Virus record (IMG/VR): IMGVR_UViG_3300024258_000005
Strand: one strand, 5' to 3'
Length of the DNA: 64,000 bases
Source of the DNA: a virus
Shown: in pieces, positions 57,609 to 64,000 of the stretch
How the letters are laid out: the number at the start of each line of letters is the position of its first letter
Position numbering within the stretch: position 1 is the stretch's first letter
The notes under the pieces: model-generated
What the model was told of the DNA's origin: nothing
The model's input: the letters and a program-made list of their open reading frames with translations, nothing else
The model's database searches: none
Program-made: the position numbers and the translations under genes

Positions 57609-58775
57609 TTAAAATAATATATCTAATCTGATACAATATCTAAATGATTCATCATCTATTGGTGTAACACTGTTACCACCAGATAATTTAGCATAATCTA
57701 TTTGTTCGTATCTTCCGGTTACACCTAGTTTAATCTTTGGTGTAACATATATACCTGTATACACTTTAAAGGTATTTCCTAAATTACCCCATGAGTAAGC
57801 ATTTATATTTTCTAAATCGGTAGCATAACTTATCCAATGTTTAGAAGCATAAAAATACTCTGCACCGAAATAAGAATCTAATCTAAATATATTAGCATCA
57901 AAATCTTTCTTAGCTCCAACAAGAACACTATATCCAGTTCGTTTACCTTCATCGCTAAAGTTGATACCCGGACCTTCTAATGCTGTGCCAGTTGGTGATA
58001 TTTCTGTACCATCAAAATCTGTAACAGATACCCCGGCTATACCATAATATACCATTCCTGATGTATCTCGATCATCATACTGATAACCAACACCTGCGAA
58101 GTATAAATTTCCTAATGATTCTAATGTTTCTTCATCATATATCTTTTCATATATAATATTCGATACTGAAGCATTAATTCTAAACGTATGTTTATCAATT
58201 ACACTCTTTGTAAATAAATATCCTATATCACTTCCATTTCTAGAGTTTTCATATCTATCTTCTGGTAACTGGTAAATGTCATCTATTCTGGCACCATAAC
58301 CAAATTGTATTTTATGATTTTCATTTATATAATGGGTATAAAATACACCAGTCATATTAATATAATAAAATGTCATAAGAGCATCGCTAAGTTTTAAACC
58401 AGCAGTACTATGTTCACTAAACACACCATTCTTAAAACTAAAATTACCAACGCTGATAATATCATCAGGTGTTATAAATATGTTTAAATCTAATTCACTA
58501 ATTTCAAAATAATTCTCAGCTGGACGTATTTTATTATATGAACGAGAATATATCTCTGATCTACTTGTATAATTAATCGTACTATTAATAGTAACATATT
58601 TATTAAATATGATGTCATTATAAGTATTCAATATTATTCTATGTCCTTCGGCTTCTATATCATTTCCTAGAACTGTTCCACTACTACTGCCATACATAAA
58701 CTCTAGTTTGTTAAAATTTTTAAGTTCTACCGCGTATAAGTTTAAACAGATTACTAATATCATTAAATATTTCAT
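57609..58775 (-). CDS. Outer-membrane beta-barrel (porin-like) protein
   Basis: Signal peptide MKYLMILVICLNLYA; many alternating Y/F/G beta-strands; C-terminal IRLDILF ending in Phe. Confidence 0.7.
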   Translation of the reverse strand: MKYLMILVICLNLYAVELKNFNKLEFMYGSSSGTVLGNDIEAEGHRIILNTYNDIIFNKYVTINSTINYTSRSEIYSRSYNKIRPAENYFEISELDLNIFITPDDIISVGNFSFKNGVFSEHSTAGLKLSDALMTFYYINMTGVFYTHYINENHKIQFGYGARIDDIYQLPEDRYENSRNGSDIGYLFTKSVIDKHTFRINASVSNIIYEKIYDEETLESLGNLYFAGVGYQYDDRDTSGMVYYGIAGVSVTDFDGTEISPTGTALEGPGINFSDEGKRTGYSVLVGAKKDFDANIFRLDSYFGAEYFYASKHWISYATDLENINAYSWGNLGNTFKVYTGIYVTPKIKLGVTGRYEQIDYAKLSGGNSVTPIDDESFRYCIRLDILF

Positions 58776-59041
58776 AATTTATCTCCTATCTCACGTGAGT
58801 GCTTATCAATATCAAACCCTTTTGAAATCAAGCATTGCCCTAAATAAAATTTATCAAAGTCACTTACTTTGCCGTCTGTATACTCATAAAGTTCATTCTT
58901 TTTAACTACCCTTTTCCATCCAGAGATACTTTTTATCTCGGGCGAAATTAGATACTTGTTAAAATATATTTGACAGGATTCAGCATACACATGAGAAAAT
59001 GATAGCATTATAATAATGCATATCTTTTTTATATTTTTCAT
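58772..59041 (-). CDS. Small secreted/periplasmic protein
   Basis: Signal peptide ending VYA; two Cys in the mature part. Confidence 0.7.
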   Translation of the reverse strand: MKNIKKICIIIMLSFSHVYAESCQIYFNKYLISPEIKSISGWKRVVKKNELYEYTDGKVSDFDKFYLGQCLISKGFDIDKHSREIGDKL

Positions 59042-60394
59042 TTACACTCCTATATATATTGCAGGGAAGATTATTTCGAATACTGTTCCGTTTCCGGATG
59101 TTTCACGAAGTTTTAAATCTCCTGCCTTTTCATTTAGTAACTCTTTATTTAAATAAAGACCTACACCTCTAACATTAACATCAGTTGGTTTTTTAAATAT
59201 GTTTGCTAATTTATGTAAAGAGTCTAATATGTATCCTTTAGATTCGCGAATTACAAACTCACCTGATGAATCTTTACTTGAATAGTATGGTTTAAATATG
59301 TCTTCATATTTCTCTTTACTAAGAAGTAGACCAGTTGTTCTATCTCTTAATCCTACACCATTATCTATAATATATAAATGTAAATCTTTAGTTACATTAT
59401 TAAATTTAACTTGTGTGACAATTCTTGATGAGTTTGCTTCTAAAGAATTTCTAAAATGATTAGATACAATATTTAAAAGGTCACCATTTTTTAATAGTCC
59501 ATCTAATTTGTATTTTCCTAAATTGGGATCTATTTTGATATTAAAATTTGATTTTTTATATATGTTCATTGAGTTCACACTGTACTCAATTATGTTTTTT
59601 AATGTTTTATTTCCCTTACTGTATTTCAAGTTTTTAAAATTACTCATACGCTGGAGAACATTATCTATTTGTTCTATACTAGAATATAATTGACCGAAGT
59701 CGAAGAAGAATTTTTCATTACACTTACAATCATAAATGGGAGATAATGTGCTTTGCATTTCAATTTCTAACTTTCTAATATTACCTTGAATAATAGCAAC
59801 AGGTGTATTAAGTTCATGATGAATATTCTCCGTTAGGATTTGCATATTCTTTTCTCTTAATGTATTACTTGTACTCATCATATCTAAAATTTTTCGTTTT
59901 CTTAATTTATATTCTAAACCGAAGAAGACAAAGGTGTATATTAAAAATAATATAATATTTATATTTATATACCCCATAAAAATATTGTCTATTAAAAGTT
60001 GTGTATTTGGAACTATATAAATTTGATAATCAGGAAATTCCATATATAAATTTAAATTATTAGTTAATGATAGTTCTTTACCACTAAAAGATAACTCTGG
60101 TTTTAAATAGGATTCTCTTTGTAATATATTATTTTCTTGTAGAGTATAAGTTGAATTATTGACAAATCCTATTTCAGAACAAGTTGTAATAATACATAAA
60201 TGTTGTAAATCAATTTCATCAAACTCTTCAATAATACTTATAATAGTAGAATTTATTCTATCCTTATATACTACATTTATTGTATAAAAATTTTCAAATA
60301 GTACAGCATTCATAATAAATATATTTAATAAAAGATATAAACTATAACGTGTACACGTTTTAATATTGTCATGGGTATACATTATATCTCCCAT
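59042..60394 (-). CDS. Membrane sensor histidine kinase
   Basis: Two TM helices; H-box IHHELNTP, N-box SNHFRNS, G1 DNGVG, F-box IFKPYYSSK, G2 GVGLY, GNGTVF. Confidence 0.92.
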   Translation of the reverse strand: MGDIMYTHDNIKTCTRYSLYLLLNIFIMNAVLFENFYTINVVYKDRINSTIISIIEEFDEIDLQHLCIITTCSEIGFVNNSTYTLQENNILQRESYLKPELSFSGKELSLTNNLNLYMEFPDYQIYIVPNTQLLIDNIFMGYININIILFLIYTFVFFGLEYKLRKRKILDMMSTSNTLREKNMQILTENIHHELNTPVAIIQGNIRKLEIEMQSTLSPIYDCKCNEKFFFDFGQLYSSIEQIDNVLQRMSNFKNLKYSKGNKTLKNIIEYSVNSMNIYKKSNFNIKIDPNLGKYKLDGLLKNGDLLNIVSNHFRNSLEANSSRIVTQVKFNNVTKDLHLYIIDNGVGLRDRTTGLLLSKEKYEDIFKPYYSSKDSSGEFVIRESKGYILDSLHKLANIFKKPTDVNVRGVGLYLNKELLNEKAGDLKLRETSGNGTVFEIIFPAIYIGV

Positions 60395-61053
60395 TTTTGC
60401 TGAGTGTAATACTCTTCTATTAAATCTCCATACGCTGAAACTCTATTACCATTTTTATTAATAATATGTTTATACATTTCAATCTCTTCACCTTTGTAAA
60501 CTAACTTTTTAGTTTCATCTATTGGTGTTTGGAAAAACTCTTCAAATTTTTGAATGAATTCAAAAATTTCAGGATTATATTTATTTAATGTGTGCCCTGT
60601 TATAAATTTAATTAAGCACTTTGGATTATGTTGTTTTAACATGATGGCTACATCGATGCCATCATATTCAATATTATTAATTACACCACCAAGTGTGATA
60701 TCTAGAATTCCAACATCTACTGTTTTATCAGGATCTTTAAGATATTTTTCTACTGTAAATCCAGCATAGTTGCCAGTTGCCATCATAATATTAAATTCTT
60801 TATATACATCACAATATTGAACTCTACTAAGCTCGTCTTTAATTAATTCAGCCATTCCAGTAAAATCATCCATTATAAGAATATTTGGATTTCCTTCTAT
60901 TTCTGGTTGACAGAAAAACATTTCAGGAACTTTGATACTATATTCTGCAGGTTTTAATTCTGCAGGTGTAATATATTCATCATTGAATTTCATTTTCTTT
61001 TTACGTGATTTAAAAGGGTTAATTGTTTGTATTATAGTAAGAATCTTATTCAT
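60382..61053 (-). CDS. Stand-alone response-regulator receiver protein
   Basis: ILIMDD, ILDITL (phospho-Asp), DGIDV, FITG and probable IINK; no recognisable output domain. Confidence 0.85.
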   Translation of the reverse strand: MNKILTIIQTINPFKSRKKKMKFNDEYITPAELKPAEYSIKVPEMFFCQPEIEGNPNILIMDDFTGMAELIKDELSRVQYCDVYKEFNIMMATGNYAGFTVEKYLKDPDKTVDVGILDITLGGVINNIEYDGIDVAIMLKQHNPKCLIKFITGHTLNKYNPEIFEFIQKFEEFFQTPIDETKKLVYKGEEIEMYKHIINKNGNRVSAYGDLIEEYYTQQKWEI

Positions 61054-61517
61054 TTCGTTTCCTTTATAACATCAGCTGTCTCATTTATAACTCTGATTAA
61101 ACTTTCATTAATTGCTCTGTATGCTCCAGGATCAATTTCATAAATAGTAACAAGTACCATTACAATTACTACCCAAGTAAATAAAACTCGTTTAGCATTT
61201 TCCCATGTTAACATTTCATATAATCTTTGTGTCCATGGTAAGTACTTTTTTCTTTCATTAATCATTTTATTAACAGTTGTTGATTTAATTGTTAATGCTT
61301 TATCTAAAAGAATAAGCATTTGTTTTTTATCTGATTTATTTGTCATATTAAATTCATTATATATTAGTACAAATAATTCATATGTCTCAGGGGATACTTT
61401 TTTTACTTCAAAAAATTTGCCCATAAGATCTTGTTTTTCATCATCAGAATTTTTATAGTTCAGTATATCAATTCTTAATTCTTCTAATTTATTACTTAAT
61501 GTAATATAATCTTCCAT
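61050..61517 (-). CDS. Single-pass membrane protein
   Basis: C-proximal TM helix VLFTWVVIVMVLVTIY; overlaps the receiver gene start. Confidence 0.75.
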   Translation of the reverse strand: MEDYITLSNKLEELRIDILNYKNSDDEKQDLMGKFFEVKKVSPETYELFVLIYNEFNMTNKSDKKQMLILLDKALTIKSTTVNKMINERKKYLPWTQRLYEMLTWENAKRVLFTWVVIVMVLVTIYEIDPGAYRAINESLIRVINETADVIKETK

Positions 61518-61541
61518 ACTCTCTCCTTTTTATTCTCGTGT

Positions 61542-62468
61542 TTAATTGTTGTCTAAACTATGTGCTTTTGACATATCTTCTATAAATTCATCAAATAATG
61601 GACCTTTACGGTCAGCATCACTATCATAAAATTTATAAACCATATCATTTGATTTATAACTTTGATTTATTGTTGATATGGCATTTTTGCCTCTATCACC
61701 AATTATTTGTTTAAATGGTAAATTGATAGGAGATACTCCCATAATTTTAACTAAGCCTCTAATATTGGTTGTGAATGGTGCAAATATAACTACCCAAACA
61801 GCATTGAAATATGGAACATCTATAAAGTATTTTTTATCAACATTTTCTGGAATGTCTGGTTTAATATAACCTTTCTTTAAAGCATCTATATATTTAAACC
61901 AACTTTCATGGTATCTAAAAATGTGGTTATTATAGTCGTCAATATAATTTATACTAAAATCACCAGCAAAGTGCAACTTACTTGCGTAATTAAGATTTCT
62001 TGATTTACCTGATATACTTTCATATTCAATATTTAATTGAGGAATATCAATATCAGTTGCAAGTTGACCAAAATCCTTTGCTACTTTATTAAAGTGACCT
62101 TTATTAAATGTACTTGTATCATTATTAGTAATATAATCTTTTTCATATGAACTAATAACCTCTGTCTCTGTCTCTGCTGTCGTAGATTTTAAAGTCTGAG
62201 CTGTATTAACCCATGAACCATGAACCATTTGAATATAATAATAACCATTAATATGAGGAGCGAAGCTACTATAATCAATAGTTACTTTCTCATGCATAAT
62301 TTGAATAAGTTTATCATATTTAGGATTAGTAGCATTATGTGCGGTATTAAATTTCTTACTAATTTGTTCTTTATATGTGGTGGAATCTTCTATTCCACTA
62401 ATATCAGATGTTATATCCGATTGAGTTACGGGTGTTGCTGTAGTACTATTAAATTCCGTTAATGGCAT
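61542..62468 (-). CDS. Tail-tube-fold protein (T4 gp19/gp48/gp54-like)
   Basis: ATDIDIP...FSINYIDD...W and P.......D......STINQSY pattern. Confidence 0.55.
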   Translation of the reverse strand: MPLTEFNSTTATPVTQSDITSDISGIEDSTTYKEQISKKFNTAHNATNPKYDKLIQIMHEKVTIDYSSFAPHINGYYYIQMVHGSWVNTAQTLKSTTAETETEVISSYEKDYITNNDTSTFNKGHFNKVAKDFGQLATDIDIPQLNIEYESISGKSRNLNYASKLHFAGDFSINYIDDYNNHIFRYHESWFKYIDALKKGYIKPDIPENVDKKYFIDVPYFNAVWVVIFAPFTTNIRGLVKIMGVSPINLPFKQIIGDRGKNAISTINQSYKSNDMVYKFYDSDADRKGPLFDEFIEDMSKAHSLDNN

Positions 62469-62496
62469 TTATTTTTCCTTTTAAATTATTAATTTT

Positions 62497-62556
62497 GAAG
62501 ACTTTATAAATTGAAAAAATTTGAATTTATAAAGTCTTCGAGTCTAAGACTCGAAG
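62497..62556. promoter_or_regulatory. Two overlapping inverted repeats
   Basis: 16-bp IR (62497-62512/62524-62539) and 10-bp IR (62536-62545/62547-62556) share 62536-62539. Confidence 0.55.
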
Positions 62557-63722
62557 TTAGCATCTTTACAAAATGCTTGTTTTGCTCGTAGTACTATTAA
62601 TAATAATAGAACCTTTCTAAGTTTTAATCGACTGCTATTGCTACCAGATTTCATAATACCTTTATACATTGTATTTAAAAGAGTATCGACATATTTCTTA
62701 AGCTTAGCAATTTGAACATTATTACCCTTAGCCGAAGTTATCTTAGACACTGTCTGTAATATATGCATACCACATATTTTTGTATCATCAATTTTGATAA
62801 TATTAAACATCAATTCATAAATATTTTTAAGATCATCTTCTGCATCGTCAGAGTTTAAAAACACTTCTGAATCAGTTAGGAACTTATTTGAAATTGAATA
62901 AGGATCTGCTTTAAGATACCTTCTATCGCTTTCGGATATTTTTTGAGGACGATGCATTAGATTCTTTTGTAGTTTGCTAACGGTACTTGCTACCTTAGAA
63001 CTTTCAATTGAATCAACTTCTGTACCCTTAACATCAGATGTTGCTCCGATAACAGATTTATTACCATCAGCATGTGCTTGATAATAATGTTTTTGTATTC
63101 CCATGAATACTTGTTCCATTCTTCCCCATGCTTGCATCAATATAACAACTAAACCTAAAGTAGGATGAGCTGGATCTTTTTGAACATATGGAAAGTATTT
63201 TTCATCTAGAGTTGGTGCAAAGTATTGTGTAATTGCTACAAATGGATTGGGATATTTTTTAAAAGTATGTGACTTACGAAATATACTTTGAATTAAAAAT
63301 TGTGCAATCTCATCTTGACAGCCATTAGGCATGAACTTATATTGTCTACCATTAAACACTTTAACATATATAAGAGCAATCGAAATTGTTCTTAATAAAT
63401 CATCATCTGCTCTTACCCCAATGTAATATACAAGGCTTAAAGTTTGATAATATAAAGAACTATACATTCTTGAATCAGGATGAAATCCAATTTGAGTAAA
63501 ACTACTAAGCATTTGTCTATCGCTTATGCCAAATATCTTTAATAATTTCTTATCAAGTGTATTAGGTGTTCTAAGTGCATTACAAAAACTAGAATGACCC
63601 ATAGAGTCATTGTTTAGTTTTCGAATGATAGCAATTAGTAGATTTTTAATCTCATCATATAGTACTTTATTTTTAAGTATTTTATCTGCAACGAACTCTA
63701 TTTCTTGTGGCATTTTATGCAT
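62544..63722 (-). CDS. Hypothetical protein
   Basis: 392-aa ORF with AAGGA RBS. Confidence 0.8.
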   Translation of the reverse strand: MHKMPQEIEFVADKILKNKVLYDEIKNLLIAIIRKLNNDSMGHSSFCNALRTPNTLDKKLLKIFGISDRQMLSSFTQIGFHPDSRMYSSLYYQTLSLVYYIGVRADDDLLRTISIALIYVKVFNGRQYKFMPNGCQDEIAQFLIQSIFRKSHTFKKYPNPFVAITQYFAPTLDEKYFPYVQKDPAHPTLGLVVILMQAWGRMEQVFMGIQKHYYQAHADGNKSVIGATSDVKGTEVDSIESSKVASTVSKLQKNLMHRPQKISESDRRYLKADPYSISNKFLTDSEVFLNSDDAEDDLKNIYELMFNIIKIDDTKICGMHILQTVSKITSAKGNNVQIAKLKKYVDTLLNTMYKGIMKSGSNSSRLKLRKVLLLLIVLRAKQAFCKDANFES

Positions 63723-63736
63723 TTGAGTTCCTTAAA

Positions 63737-64000
63737 TTATCTTAGAGCTTTGGAGATTCCTGCGAAATTTTTAACACCTGAATCCGTAAGACCAGTTGAT
63801 TCTTCGAATAACTTCGGAGCAAGCATAGCTACCATATTAGTAACAGATTCAGTGATTGTATCATCAAGTGCTTTAGCATTCTTAGTAAATACATCAAAAT
63901 ATTCAGCATCTTGAACAGCAATAAAACTAGCAGTTCTTTCTTCTAGTATTTTTGGTAAAGCGATTCTACGCATGTTAGTGAATAAAGTGTTTTCAAATAA
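63737..64000 (-). CDS. Hypothetical protein (partial; frame stays open to the window end)
   Basis: No stop between 63974 and 64000 in frame (LFENTLFTN-M...). Confidence 0.7.
   Translation of the reverse strand, partial: LFENTLFTNMRRIALPKILEERTASFIAVQDAEYFDVFTKNAKALDDTITESVTNMVAMLAPKLFEESTGLTDSGVKNFAGISKALR

Noticed and set aside
2188-63914. Short opposite-strand or alternative-frame ORFs in the track (e.g. 2188..2391, 10407..10763, 27129..27386, 44967..45200, 53114..53509, 60554..60769)
   Set aside because: They lie wholly within longer genes with clear motifs and are shadow ORFs without RBS or recognisable domains
1-64000. tRNA or rRNA genes
   Set aside because: No cloverleaf with T-loop GTTCRA or rRNA-like GC-rich stretch was recognised in the few intergenic gaps

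Overview
This is a very AT-rich, gene-dense 64 kb segment of a large (jumbo-type) tailed phage genome, probably a myovirus. AAGGA-type ribosome-binding sites, an extended -10 promoter, a dimeric dUTPase, ThyX and the QueD type suggest a Campylobacterota-like host; this is inference only. All credible genes from 1 to 49503 are on the + strand and all from 49915 to the end are on the - strand. The two blocks converge on an intergenic region with hairpins and a 23-bp tandem array. The + block carries queD, a family-B DNA polymerase fragment lacking motif C, a micro-ORF island, a WGR-PARP, sbcD-rIIB-rIIA-sbcC (SbcC circularly permuted), a PIG-L deacetylase, an HD-kinase, denV, two nucleotidyltransferases, dda, thyX, ssb, a dNMP kinase, dut, intein-containing nrdB and nrdA, a purine phosphoribosyltransferase, homing endonucleases and baseplate hub/PAAR genes. 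The - block carries tail-fibre-like, baseplate wedge and tail-tube-like genes. These are interrupted by a six-gene operon: membrane protein, stand-alone receiver, sensor histidine kinase, small secreted protein, outer-membrane beta-barrel and holin-like protein. That operon is the best candidate for an undescribed system. Other highlights are the eukaryote-like PARP, 13 copies of the palindrome ATCTTTAAAGAT confined to three intergenic clusters, a 52-bp perfect palindrome, a tail-fibre protein with nested domains, a permuted Lcl/DUF1566 domain and a 25-aa RanBP2-type zinc finger. No tRNA, rRNA or CRISPR array was seen. All family assignments come from motifs read by eye, not from database searches.
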